The notes under the pieces are model-generated. The model worked only from the letters and a program-made list of their open reading frames with translations. It had not been told where the DNA came from and made no database searches. From contig NC_068999.1 in the NCBI RefSeq assembly GCF_001194135.2, forward strand, positions 2,428,046 through 2,492,045: a DNA stretch of 64,000 bases. Reading direction: 5' to 3'. The stretch comes from Octopus bimaculoides (taxonomy: Eukaryota). This document shows, in pieces, positions 48,728-62,578 of the stretch; the first letter of the stretch is position 1; every line of letters starts with the position of its first letter. A program made the translations under genes and the position numbers.

Positions 48728-49975
48728 CATCGTCTCATCCTTTTGAGACTGAACCTAGAAACTGTGGTTGGGAAGCAATCTTCTTACCACACAACCATGC
48801 TTGCACCTATGTCTATAAATATACGTATTAACTTGTAGCATAGAAGGTAGAAAAGATTTCGTTTACAAGGTCTTTGCTATATAGAATGTTGACGACATTC
48901 AGTAATGGTTTGCACTCTTACATAGACTGCACTGTAAGCTTAAAAAATTGCTTCCAAAATTCATCAATTGCATTGCTTCTCTTCCCCTAAATACAAACAC
49001 ATACCTTAGAGATATATATATATATATATATATGCTGCATTACCACTCTTTCAACAACTGATGACGGTTTAATGATAAAAACGTTTTTAAAGAAAGTGTC
49101 CTCTGACCGCCAGAGGTGGAGTGACACCAATTGTCCCTAACCCTGTCCCCCATTGCAGACAAACTTTCTCCACACAAACAAAGGCAATGATGGAATGTGA
49201 TACCAAATAAACATTTTAAAAAACAAGTAAAATATTTGTTATAAAAATTGGATTTTAGATAACTTTTTTTTCTTTCTTTTTCCTGTTTGGAATGGTTCAA
49301 ACCTCAGGGTTGTTTTTACAGCTGGTTCTCTTCCCTCTGTAGCAGCAGGCAGCTATTGCAGGCGTGGCTGTGTGGTAAGAAGCTTGCTTCTCCACTAGTG
49401 TCGTCTACTATAGCCTCGGGCTGAACAAAGCCTTGTGAGTGGATTTGGTAGATGGAAACTGAAAGAAGCCCATTGTATATTTTCACATAGCTGGACAGGT
49501 TATTCACAGAATGGTGAGGCTCTTTTATGACCATATCACATGATGTCTAGACAACGATAAACACACACACACTAACACATATACAAAAGGTTTCTTTCTG
49601 TTTCCGTCACCTGAATCCACTCACAAGGCCTTCATTCAGCCAGGGTCTGTATAGTAGAAGACACTTGCCCAAGGTGCCACATCCGTTGGGAAGCAAGCTT
49701 CTTAACCACACAGCCACAAGGGGGGAAAAAAAATGAAGCATTATCAGTTTGTTACCAGCTTCTGTGATAAACATAGACATGGCTATGCAGTTAAAATGTT
49801 TGCTTTTTGATTTCATTGTGGCAACTACCTTGTTCTCTCGGGTCTTGTGAGAAAAAATTGACAGACAGAGGCCCATGGTATATTTTTTGTTATGTATGCA
49901 GTGAAAGCAACCATTTTGGATAGCTGAAATTGCATAACAAACTTTAAAAAGATATAACGAAATTGTGTACAGTGC

Positions 49976-50311
49976 TCAGGTGCACTGCAGCTTATCAAAG
50001 GTGCATGTATAGTACATAGAATTCTGTAGAAAAGTCCGGAAAGTGAACAGTGTATGGAGGTGGGGGTTATCAGGTGTAGTGATGGCAATTTTAAAGGATG
50101 CAATGTCTAGGCATCTAACACCTGATGCAGGTAGTTTGTTCCATGCTTCAGCAACTCTGAGTATGAAAAAATGTTTCTGAAAGTCATGGGAGCTGTGCTT
50201 GGCATGCCCACATGTGTTAGACACATGGAACTCAAAAAGGTGGTTGTTGGCACAATGGTTAATAATTTTGTGGGTGTTTAACTGACTGCAGCCAGTTGAG
50301 CTTCTGAGCAT
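49976..50311 (-). mobile_element. CR1/L2-like LINE 3' fragment downstream of thioredoxin
   Basis: Peptide THKIINH...LFEFHVSNTCGH...KHFFILRVAEAWNKLPASGVRC..IASFK is the typical post-RT C-terminal signature of CR1-clade ORF2. Confidence 0.75.
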
Positions 50312-50488
50312 ACACTGTACAGTCAGAAGGAAATTTTAAGTTAATAAAAATACACATGCAAACATATGAGAATAAAGAAAATACATGCCCCAAAAAAGAA
50401 GAAAAAACAGCAAAAGTATTTTTAAATTGTGACATAACATTATTTAATCATTATAAAAGATGAAATATTTATCCAAGTTCATTTGAAT

Positions 50489-53400
50489 TTATTTATGCTT
50501 TTCTAATGTTGCTTTAATTTTCTCTTCAGATGCCCCTATTACCTCATCAACCTGGCAAAAAAAAAGAAAAATATTGTTAATTAAGAATCCAGGTGATTGT
50601 GTGTGTGTATGTGTATACTGTTAGTTAACAATCCAGCTTCTGTGTCTTGATAGAATATGAGTGAGAGAGGACTGCATCGTGCTCCGTCTAGGGTCTCTAT
50701 AGCTGATCCCCTTCCTAGCACTCACCACTTTACAGAATGTACAGTGTTTTCCTTCATGTCATCAGCACTAGTGTAAAGCGAAAGGATGAGAATAGATTTG
50801 TAGTTGCCATAGGATGGTAACACATCTAATCCATACAACATTATATCATTTTGAATATAATACAGATAAAAGTGTGTGTTTGTCTTGAGATGCATTCTCA
50901 AGACAAACTAGTTAAGTATGATATGCAAAATACTAGTCTGTATTACTATGGATTCCATGACTGGTAACAGATAGATGTGTGCCAACACACACAAACATGC
51001 ACGACAAACTTCTTTTCAGTTTTAATCTCTCAAATTCATTCACAAGGCTCTGGTCAGTCCAGGACACCAGAGGGTAATTGGCCAAAGTGAGACTGAAGCC
51101 AAAACCACGAGAACTTGTTAAACTCACAGCCATTTGACAACATATTCTGACACAGTATCTAACAAGATGTGGTTACAATCCATGTAATGGGTTTCAGCAC
51201 AGTTTTGGTCAATCTAGCTATGATGGAAGACACAGGCCACAAGTTGTGAAGACAAATTTTTTGCCATTTGACCATCTGTGCATAAAGCCACCAAATTTTT
51301 CTCGTTGTGTGTCTTTAATTAATGAAAATGAAAACTCTGCAGTTTGACTTCCAGAAAAGTAAATACTCACTTTATCACCTCCTTTGTAGAATCTAAATGT
51401 TGGCATGGCAGAGATACACTGATCTTCTGCTACATCCTGCAATAATATAACAGACACATTGTATATAATACACAATACACGTGCACATATATATAAAAAT
51501 ATGATGAAGGTAAAGCAGGCAAAAACTTCAAAGTCACTGTCAACACATCTAGCTATAAAATATGTCCTCTACAACAAGTAGTGAGTAGTCATTCAGTTCA
51601 ATGTAAAACTGTTTTTATAACTCAACATAAAAACAGACATCAACATACACAATGGGCTTCTTTCAGTTTCCACCTGCCAAATCCACTGACAAGGCTTTGG
51701 TTGGCCTGAAACTATTGTAGAAGCCACTTGCACAAGATGCCACAACATACAGTAAGACTGCACCCCAAAAACATGTGGTTTGGAAGCAATCTTCTTAACC
51801 ACACAATTGCAGCTGTATCACTATGCTTCGACTTAAAGGAAGGACACACAGGTCAGGGGAAGGATTGGAGTTCAAAGAGTAGATTGTCCATCATCAAGGA
51901 TGAGATTATCTCGTGCCCTTCGTTGTCATTTTAGTCCTAGCTCAGGTCCTGGTTGAACACATGTGGTCAAAGATGTTTCAGCTGTGACCAGTCCCACCTT
52001 TTCCATTCCACAGTGTATATCTAGAACTGCACAATCTAATATGTCCTTCATTGAAGATAATAGAGAGGGATTTAGTTGCTATTTCTAGAAGGTCAAGATT
52101 CCAAATAGAGATATATCCCTGCTGGTGTGTAGTTGTTATTGTTGTTTTGCCCCAATCAGTTCTAATTGAAGACATTCCAGCCATGGTCAACCAAATTGAT
52201 TTTTAGACAACACATCAAGAATTACATTAATATGCATTCTTTTTGTTTTGAAATGACATTTGGATACGATCTAAAGTTTCTACTGGTGGCTATTGAAGTT
52301 ATAGTTTAGCACCAGATTATTTCAAACCAATGGGGAAATGTGTTCCAGCCATGACAATCCCACCTTTTTATTCAGGTATTGTGTAACTAAGGACACATGG
52401 CGTAATGTGTCCTTCCACTTTAATTTTGTTTTTTTTTTTAGAGATGGCTGGATGTGAATCGAAGATAGTCCGGCTGCTGTTTCTAGTATGAGTCTGCTAT
52501 TGAGAGCCAAGCATGATGGTTCATTTAATGAAATATTTAATGTATGTGCCACTGTAGCTCTGTAATATAATAAACAGAACAAAACATCACCATTATTTGT
52601 GTCTGCTTTTTCAGGCTGAGATAGGTTAAACAGGTCAACTGAGTCTCTGACAGATCTTAGAGTAAATGCCATCTTAGGTGTGGCTAGAAGACCACACCTG
52701 GAGGCCTAATGTTATATTTTGCCGTGGTTTCAATTGCTGAAAGCCTTTCTTCACATCGACCACCTTACTGAGTACACTGAGCACATTTTATCATGGAACC
52801 CTCCTCGACCTGGCTAAAAGGTCTTTTCAACCCTGTCTTTATATTAGTAGATCCTAATTCTGATCACATAACCATATTTTCCAGCTTACAAGTCAACGTA
52901 GTATTTTGTGTAAACATTCAACGTTGCCACGGTCTTCCCAAATCCCATTGTACTTCACAAAGTCATCTTCGTGTATAAACTGACCAACTTATTTTGGCTG
53001 TAAAAAAAACTTTTGAGCTAAAAAATTCAACCAGTTTGCCAGAAAATATGGTAATTATGGGACTCCCAGTCATTGTCAATGCAAATTTAGCAAGGAAACC
53101 TAACAACTTGAGAATAACCAGGTTTTTCTTCTCATACGCAATTATTTATGAGCCATTTATCATCAATCAAACCTTGTTAATACTAACACAACTATTTCTA
53201 GCAAGTATAGACAGCTCATCAGTTTCAATGACAAATGTTTGGATAAGTTCATGAGATTTCTTCAATCAAGAAGCAAGCCTGCATAACACGACTTCCCTGG
53301 GTCTCATCACTAACTTGTTTGTATTTTAATCAAAAACTACGTCCAAGGTCTATCATTATAACATGAATATCATCAAAGCACTTCAGTAGTCAAATAGTTC

Positions 53401-56400
53401 CATCACATAAAACACATCTAGCTGTATTTCAAACACCAATTTTATACACTGATTAATAGAAGTAATAAAAGTCTGATATCAAAAGGATTATTTCTCAACT
53501 GAAAAACCCCCTAGAACCTTATCCAAACAATTGTAAATTAATAAAGTTTGAAGAATTGATAATGAAAAGAAAAAAGAAATTACAGGTGCTTCGTCAACAT
53601 CCACTTTGCAAAACAGGACTGTATCATGGTCTTTTTCCATTGCCTGTGTAAAAAAAAGATTAAAAAGAAAAAAAAAGGATTCTATATTTTATTTCATAGA
53701 AAAACTGATCATCATCATCATTCCCTTGTGTCCAAGCACTCATAAAACCAATTATTCCGTTTCCACGACATACAAGTGACCAAAATTACAACATTCTCCC
53801 TGGAAATGCAATGCCAGTCAGTTGCAGGATTACTTATTTACAGTTGAATGGACAAAGTTACCTTCTCAAGTCATACTGACTCATAACGGCCAGATTCCTA
53901 GTTTCATGGAGCAATGTGAAATGAAGTTTTTTTTTTGCTCAACGATCTGGAAATCGAAACCACAATTTTGTGATCATGAGTACAACACATAAACCAGTAG
54001 GTTTGCTCAACCAGCGTTGGTGTGTTTATGATCCTGTAACTTAGCAGTTTGGCAAAAGACACTGACAGAATAAACATCAGGTTTAAAAACAAAGTACTGG
54101 GATTGATATATTCTTCAGGGCAGTGCTCCAGTATGGCCACAGTCTAATGACTAAAATAAGTAAAAGAATAAAAAAAAGTCAATGTTAACAAAGGCTTTAT
54201 TGTGCTTTGCCCATTTTTATTCATAATACATGTCAAAATTACAGTACAAAAGTTCATATTGAAAATCACTGGGTACCTTATAGGCTGAGACCATGGTTCC
54301 CAAATTAGAAAACTGGTCCATGATGCAAAGATCGAAAGACCAAAGTTCTAATTAATATCATAGAATCCCAAACCAATTTGGAGTGTGGCCATGTCCAATG
54401 AATAAGAATGCTGGACACTGTGCACTCAGGACCAGAGACATTAATACAAAACATAGAGACATCTCTGACACACAACCAAGACTTCCTGTGTGTTGAGTTG
54501 TTAAACAACAGCAGTTTTAACAGAAGCTAAGTCAAAGCTTTTGTTATCTAAATGACCTAATGCATAGGTTTTCAAACTGGGTGCTACCACCCCCTGGTGG
54601 GTGTTGAGATGGTCCAGGTGGTTTCAGCCGGGTTGGTATTGAAAGGGTTACTGATCTGTGGCTATTGAAAATGGAAGCTCTGTAAAAGCTGGAAAGAAGA
54701 GCAGTGCCCTTGTGAGCTGACAGAGAATGGCTGAGCCTTAAAGATATTGACTACAAAGAACTGTGATGGTATGGACATCATAATCATTGAAATTCTTCCC
54801 CTGGTCATGTTCTTCCTGAAGTTGCCAACTTGAAACAGCTGAAGAAAGGCCATTAACAGCATTGGTCTCATTCATCTTGGAGCAGCTGAAAAAACTATGG
54901 GCACAACAAAGGGTCTTTAACCCCGTCGGCATTCAAACCAGTCATATCCAGCCCCTCAAACATACACTGCAAATATCATTTAAAAAATAAACAATCACAT
55001 CATTGAAATCTTCAAGCTATGAGATAAGACATGATTAAGTCAAAACAATGGGAATAAAGAAGAAGCATTACATCTGACAGAAGAATCTGGATGCTGAAGG
55101 GTTAATGAGGACACAAAAATTCTAATGAAAAACGAACATACCAAAAGTTTGGGAGCAATCATCTTGCAAGGCCCACACCACTGTGCAAAGAAATCAATTA
55201 TTATAAGCTTGTCCTTGTTTTCTGCCAAAAGTTCATTAAATTGTTCCTACAATCAGACAAAAAAAAAAAAAAAAAAAAAACATTTAATTTATAAGAGATG
55301 GCAAGGCGGTGTAGTCAAATTTGCTTTCCAATCACATGATCTCAGGTTCAATCTCACTGCATGGCACATTAGGCTGGTATCTTCTATAATCCCTGGTTAA
55401 TCAATGCTTGACAACTGATGTTGAAGAGACTGACAGAACAAGTACTAAGCTTATAAAGAAAAAGTCCGGGGGGGGGNNNNNNNNNNGCTCCAGCATGGCT
55501 GCAGTCAAATGACTGAAACAAGTAAAATATATATGTGTGTGTGGATGGCATGGGCGGGATGGTTTAACTGGAAACTAGTAAGTGCGCGCGGGGGGGGGGA
55601 GGCTGCACCAGGTTCTGATCTGATTTGGCAAGGTTTTTTTATGGCTGGATGTCCTTCCTAATGCTACATATCCCCCCATCATTTAATGTCTGACCTGAAT
55701 CAGATTGTTCAACTGGATCCATTGATTTACATTGTTTCAAGCATTTACAAGCTGTTACTTATGCAGTTTATGACCCCACCACATGCAATAAGAGATAATA
55801 CCCCATCCAGTTATTCACCATGCTAGAAATAGCAGCCAAATTTCCCTAAAATCATACTACTGTCTTAAACAAGTGAAGGAAACCTTAGATGCATTGCAGA
55901 TACATCATTATTATTTAACATCCGTTTTCCACGCTGGCATAAGAAAGACTCTTTTAAAAAAAAGCCTAAAAAACAGCATTGATATAACAGGATAGGCTTA
56001 TTGAATGGAGTCAATCCAAGACTAAACAATGACATACAAATGTGTGTGTGTGTGTAACAATGTTAATTAGTCTCCATTGTGACAATGTAACACAAATACA
56101 AAAGCAATCCAGAATGCGTTTAAAACGTAACAAATGTTGAAATGTTGAAGACAATAAAAACTTATTTAACTTATATTTTATATACACAACGGTGTATTCA
56201 CACAACTATATGATGATTCTTAAAATAACCCAAAATGTCAGTGTTTAAGTGTGTGTGTGTGTGTGTGAATTTGAGGAGTTTTTTTTCTCTCTAATAGTTT
56301 CAGCTGGGAAGGGACTGTGGCCACGGACAAATTGTATGAGAACGTGTGTGGTGAGGGAGAGAGGCCATACGTGGGTGTATGTGGGCGCGAGCAAGTATAA

Positions 56401-56588
56401 GAACGTCAATGGACGGTTGTATATACTCAGCGTCTAGAGCTAGTTTTATGACGACTGGTCCAACCCACTTATCGTCTTTCATTGTTTCCAGGACACAGTG
56501 AAAGTGAAAGTGAAATTACATGACTTGCCACAAGTGGAGTGTCTCTATAAATTATAAGAAACGAAAGCGAAACAGTACGACATCGGCT

Positions 56589-56619
<31 letters not shown>

Positions 56620-59600
56620 ATCATAGCAACGTAGTCGTCGTTGAAACTGGATCCACCAAAATATTTTAATGGCAAAACTAGAAGAGAAAGAGTCGACGAT
56701 TAACGCCAAATGTACAAGAAACAATTACGTATATGAAAAATTATGGACTTCATCACGTTTGACTTCGTTCTGGAAAACGTATCTGTTCGCAGTGACAAAT
56801 CCCAGATCTTTTACTGTTATACAATCTCAAAAGTTGACAGTACACCCAGTTTTGCCCTGGGGTGGACTGTAGACCAGCGAGTGTCAACCTTTTTAGAACC
56901 ACAAACCGGGGTGGGGGTAGGGGGAATCGTGCGCATAATACATCAACTATTGCATATATAATGCAAAGAAAAAAAGAACATACTACAGACTGCGATCGTC
57001 AATAATATAGAAATCAATTTTAAAAAATTATTTTTTTCTGTGCAGCCTGGTACCGAATGACCTATGGTCTGGTGGTCGGCGACCCATGCTGCAGACGCGA
57101 TAGTTGAGAACAGCCCAACCTCGGGGCGAAACTGAATGGACTGTCAAGTTTGAGATTTTAGACACACACACAAGCCCACATTCCCCAGCTTAGACTTCTG
57201 TATCAGATGTCTCGACTATGTTAAATATTTGCCTTTAATATATTTTACAATTTCAAGGCGGCGGAGTGGCAGAATGCTTAAGCACACCGTCTTTACGTTC
57301 TGAGTTCAAATTTCACCGAGGTCGACTGTGTTTTTTTCATCCTTTCGGGCTCAATAAAATGAGTACCAGTTGAGCACTGCAGTCGAAGTAATCGACTTAG
57401 CCTCTCTCCTCAAATTTCTGGCCCTATGCCAAAATTTGAAACCTATATATTTCATAACTTTTACATAACGATCTGTGTGTGTGTGTGTGTGTGTTACACA
57501 AGAGCTATTCACATACGTCATTAAAAAAAAAACTGAAAGCCCTGTATCCTGACAACTTGGTCGTTCGATGCCGCCCTCTCTTGAACTAAAAACATTTCTG
57601 GAATTCGAGTCTGACTTGGCAAATGACAGCAGGTGCAGCAATTGTCCCAAATATAATAGACTGCTTGAAGAGCCAGTATTAAATTGTAAGGCGATGCCGT
57701 TGCTAGTCGAAACCAAGATCCAAGCAGGTTCTTCGTTTCATTATTTTGCGCATCCCAACGTCTCACATGAATTACATCTCCACTTCCCTTTAACATGCCT
57801 ACGACGTTAGTATGTAGCTGTTTTCACTTGTTTAATCCATCAGATCGGTTCCAAACGCGACCATTCCGTTTTTTTTTCCCGCAGACAACATTAACTAGTG
57901 TCCTTTCTGTTTTTAATATTTGTTTATGACAATAGGGTATGATTTGAGAGATCTGCTACCATTTGTAGCAGAAATCCGGGGTTGCTTAATCGAATGTCAA
58001 GTCGGATCGACTAGACGTACGACTAAAAGGTACTCTAGCCATGACCATCCCGTCTTTATTCGTCTGACAAGTATATGCTAATGTTATCTTGACTACACAA
58101 TATTGGTTTCAAATTTTGGCACAAAGCCAATAATTTCTGTAGAGGGGGGGGGGGCTAGTCTATTACATCAACCCCGGTATTTAACTGGTACAGTAGTCGA
58201 CCTCGGCGGAATTTGAATGCAAGACGTAAAGACAGGACAAAATATCGCTAAGCATTTAGCCCAAGGTGCTAGCGGTTATGCTAGCTGGCGGCCGCCTTGA
58301 GATCACCCATAATTGATATTAACATGTGAAAATAACTTCTGTTTTTTTTTTTATCTTTTAAGACCGTTAAGTGAAACAATGTTGAGCAATCGCATGGAGG
58401 TACCATCATGTAGCTACTTCACTGCGCGCGCGCGCAACAGAAGGTCGGCCCTTCACTTCAACATCACCAATAAAAAACTTCATGGTGAAAAAGAAAATTG
58501 GCTCGTATATTGTCAGAGACTGTCAAAATACAATGAATTAATAAGAGCCAATCTAATAACATACATGTTGATTTGTCTTTTACTCCAGCAGTACCCCAAT
58601 CGGTTAAATTAAAATAGTTAATAGCGAACAACTGCAACGTATAATGCATACCATCACCTCCTAACCGCATAATAAAATGAATTCCCATCTCCACCTCATG
58701 ACGATTAATGGCAGTTTTGCGTGATGGAATCAATAGAATATAATACTCGTATACGGTCAGACATACAGCACAAGCTAATGGCTATTCAGACCAATGATCA
58801 AAAGCGCTCCATCTACGAACAACCCATCTTATTACCCAGGAAAATTGAAGTGAGGATCACATTATTCAATGTGTCTATTTAAGACGGCAAGTGTGATTTA
58901 GTTGCTATTTCTAGCAAACTGCGTGACCCACATAAAAGCTTTATCAACTGTTGACGGTGGCGGTTTTAACGAAGATATTTCTTCAATACCCATACAATAA
59001 ACAGTAGCGATGACTTGTCGATTAATTAGACAAGTTTAATTAGACTGAATAGACGTTTGATCAAGGGCATTCCAGCCACGACCGTCCAGTCTCCTTTCAT
59101 AAGCGGTGTACCTTCGACAACGTAACCATTGTGACGTGCTTAGCTTTTATCAAGAACCATATTACGTCCTTCGTCTTATAAAATAGTGCAATGTGATCCA
59201 ACATAAATTTGACATCTACTTCTAACACACCGTTAGCAAAGGTCGTTGAAAATGCCTTCAGCATAATCACACAACAAAGCAAATAAACACCCAATGTTCT
59301 CCAAATCAGGTGGAAGACTTCGGCTCCAGAGTGCAAAGTCATGGTCGGAAGTACAGACAGGCATAACTATAGATGTAGACCCCGGCCCCCGACTTTGTTG
59401 CTTCATAACTTCCAGAAAAATGAATACTGTTGACGGTGGGGGGGTTTAAACGAAGATATTTCTTCAACACCCATACAATAAATAGGAGCGATGACTTGTC
59501 GATTAAGTTGAATATGGATTAAAAGAAGATAACTACAAATATTCATGTAGTTATGACTATATACATGAATATATAAGCTATCTTTCGTTTTCATTATCAA

Positions 59601-60684
59601 TTGTCAACTATCTTCGTTAATTTCCGCGACCGATATAGATTACCATTGCTTATGAAATTAACATTAGGAGGGATTTCTTGTATAGTCACACATAGGCCGG
59701 GAATTTTATTAAAAATACACAATCTATGACATGGACCCTACGAACTTAACTGGTACGTATTTTATCGACCCTGGAATGATAGAAAGGGAAAACTGATCTT
59801 GAATGAATTTGAATTCTAAACGTAAAGAACCGTAACGAGAAATTTCTACAACCAAGTGCTTAGGACTGTTGGGGGGGACAAGAGAAAATATGGAATAACT
59901 GTTGGGTTCAGAATAAAATAAATATGAAAAAGAAACAGGGCTGGGATCACCTGAATCGGTACCAGTGCTGGTTTGGTGATTATTTTATCGACTCCCAGTA
60001 ATGTTTGGCCAAGATGAACCTGAAATATTGGCATTATTTTGGACAGACACAATATTTGCTACAATGATCACTTACATCAGACAAAATAATAATAGTTAAA
60101 GAAAAACTTGAATTGCTGTAGAATATACAAACGGATGACAAGGGTTAAATAGTGTTCAGAATAATTAATTAAATAAAAGATATTAGTCAATAAATTCCAG
60201 AATAGCGTTCATTTATGGTTTTGTATTTCGAATCCTTGGAAACAACAATGGTATGGAATAGCTGATTATTATAGAAGGGTATCAAATAATTAAATAGCAT
60301 CATTAAAAAGTATTCTTGAATTTATTAAGCCATCATCATGCATACACACACACACACATATGTAGTACAAAGACACGCATATATATACATAGGCGATAGC
60401 ACGTATGTAATATACATTTGTTGAAAGCGGTCAGGTTTAAGGTACAAATGTGGAATTGTACTGTTTAATATTAATTGGATATTCAAAAATCGTTAATCGA
60501 TTAAGTTACTAGTAATATATTCGCGTCTAGTTACAGATGCGTTTAAACGTTTTCCTGTATCTCTTTTTTTTTTTTTGTAGTTTGAACTTGAGTTCTATTA
60601 AGAAAGAAAGAAAAAAAAACAGGAAAATATTTGGGTAAAAAGCGATGGAACAATTTTACTTACTAAAGAGGTGATTGTGAGCAT
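50489..60684 (-). CDS. TXN: Cytosolic thioredoxin, 104 aa, 5 exons
   Basis: Exons 60684-60664 (MLTITSL|gtaagt, in-frame TAG upstream), 55246-55142, 53643-53584, 51436-51371, 50551-50489, all phase 0. Protein: [42 protein letters not shown]...KVDVDE...[12 protein letters not shown]...[20 protein letters not shown] active site. Confidence 0.95.
56875..57088. mobile_element. hAT-like MITE in thioredoxin intron 1
   Basis: 8-bp flanks ctgtagac/ctgcagac (7/8); degenerate CAG...AACC / GGT...TG termini. Confidence 0.5.
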
Positions 60685-60785
60685 GATGAGAAGTTTCTAA
60701 TCAACCGAGGTGAGAGCGATTTCAAAAATTTAAAGAAATAAGTGAGACTGATGCAAAGAACAACACCGCATGGAATTATATATTT

Positions 60786-61200
60786 ACCCGCTAAAGGGGG
60801 GGAGGAAGAGAGAGAGAAAGAGAGTACGGGAGAAAATAGAGAGGGATGACTAGAGCGAGAGAGGTGAGGAAAGAGGGAAACAGACTGATCGACCGTGTGT
60901 ATGAAAGAGAGGGGGCAGTAATTTAGTAGTGAAAGAATAAGAGATTAAAGTGAGTGAAAATGTAGTGATGGCGGGAGAAATAAAAGAGACGGAGAGAGAG
61001 GGGAGGGACAAAGAGAATAATACACACACACGCGTAAAGAGAGTGCGAGAGATAGTTTATAAGTAAGTAATGGAGGAAGGTTAATGAACGAGATAAGGAG
61101 AGGTAAATAGAGAAAGAGTAACTGAGAGAGGAGGAGTAAGTAACAGAAGAGAGAAATGTAGTGATGGCGGGAGAGTTAAGAACGAAGGGAGGAAATAGTC
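60786..61200. repeat. Purine-rich (GA/AG) tract upstream of thioredoxin exon 1
   Basis: Strong strand asymmetry; AAATGTAGTGATGGCGGGAGA occurs twice (~60959, ~61154). Confidence 0.75.
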
Positions 61201-62275
61201 GGATGATATCCGTTGTTGAGAAGAAAAGATTGACTCTGGGGACGAGGAGTGAAATACCCAGGGAGGTCTGCTGTATGAAAATGTAACAGTAAAGTAGTCG
61301 CTAAGCGTAGTTGCGTTAATCCTGGAAATTAATTAATTAAAATTTCACCATCAGTGACGAGAATAATAACCATTCGCTTAATTAAATAGCGGTCAAGAAT
61401 TTTTAAAAAGCAAAGCAAGGGGGTAAACCCTCTGAAAATGAGTGTGTGTGTGCTTGTGCGTGTTGAATGTAGTCGGTTATGGGTTTTTTTTTAATGTTAT
61501 ATATAATATTTAGCAGCTCGTTAACAATCCTGTTTTTTTTTTGGGGGGGGGGGTGCCTATTTCACCATTAAGTTTTCATGCAGGAGACTACGATACTAGA
61601 AATGTATTCGAATTACTTCAATCATTCAATATTCAATCAGATCAAACGAGTTTCGGATTCTTTTCAATATTCAATTTTAAATTAATTAAAATTTCCGTGT
61701 CGTTTCCCCATCTCTTATCTATTTATTTATCATATTTTTTCTGTTAGTTACTAGAGTGCGGCCATGCTGGAGTATCGCCTTATTTATATATCTATTTAAG
61801 TGGAACTTATTCATTTTAGAAATCATTGTTCGCATCAGCATGGCTTATCTTTCACTTGTTTCGGTTATTGGACTGCGGCCTTGCTGGGGCACCATCATGA
61901 AGAGTTTAGTCGAACAAATCAGCTCCAAATAATTCTGAGTTTTTTTTTTATAAAAAGTCTGATATTTATTCTATCGATATCTTTTGCCAAACCGCTAAGA
62001 TATGGAAACGTAAACAAACCAACACCGGTCGTCAACAAACGCAATCACACATACACAAAGTTCCCGTCTATTCGGACGGGGCTGTAGAAGACGCTCTTCC
62101 ACGATGACACGCAAATTCATTAAAATTCCCTTCACTTACTGTTCCACATATACTAATTATTTTGACTAAATTCGAAAAAAAAAAAAAATAGGCAACTCCT
62201 ATCGAACCAGTTATAAATAGCAGCCAAATCTCAAACTGCACTTAACCATCTTATTTAAGAGAATAATAATTACTA

Positions 62276-62578
62276 CAGGGTGATTCAAAAGTCGCCATAC
62301 ATAGGAACAATTTATTCTTTTTATAAGAACAGTTTTTTGTTTTTTTTTAACAATCTCTATATGGTTACCATTGATTGAATCCACATTGCAATACATTGAC
62401 CCCATGCATTGTGAACTCGTAATAACTCATCTGGTTTATACGTGTGCAAATGAGATGGTGATGCGTTCCTTCAAATGGTTTATGTCTTATTTTTCCGCGA
62501 TACACCATGCCTTTCAAATGCCCCCCAAAGACAGAAATCAAGAGGGGTCAGATCAGGGGAGACTTTTGAATCACCCTG
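62276..62578 (-). mobile_element. Internally deleted Tc1/mariner-superfamily element (DD37D/rosa-like)
   Basis: TIRs TA|CAGGGTGATTCAAAAGTC ... GACTTTTGAATCACCCTG|TA; minus-strand peptide SPDLTPLDFCLWG. Confidence 0.85.

Noticed and set aside
53185-53230. Minus-strand CTGATGA...GAAA motif
   Set aside because: Neither stem I nor stem II pairs next to the core.
57659-57708. TTGAAGA-GCC...GGC-GATG-CCG-TT with a 6-bp stem I as a hammerhead
   Set aside because: GAAA is replaced by GATG (two core mismatches); not distinguishable from chance.
57766-59342. Alternative thioredoxin first exons ([30 protein letters not shown])
   Set aside because: Weaker donors or a poorer fit than MLTITSL|gtaagt at 60684-60664.
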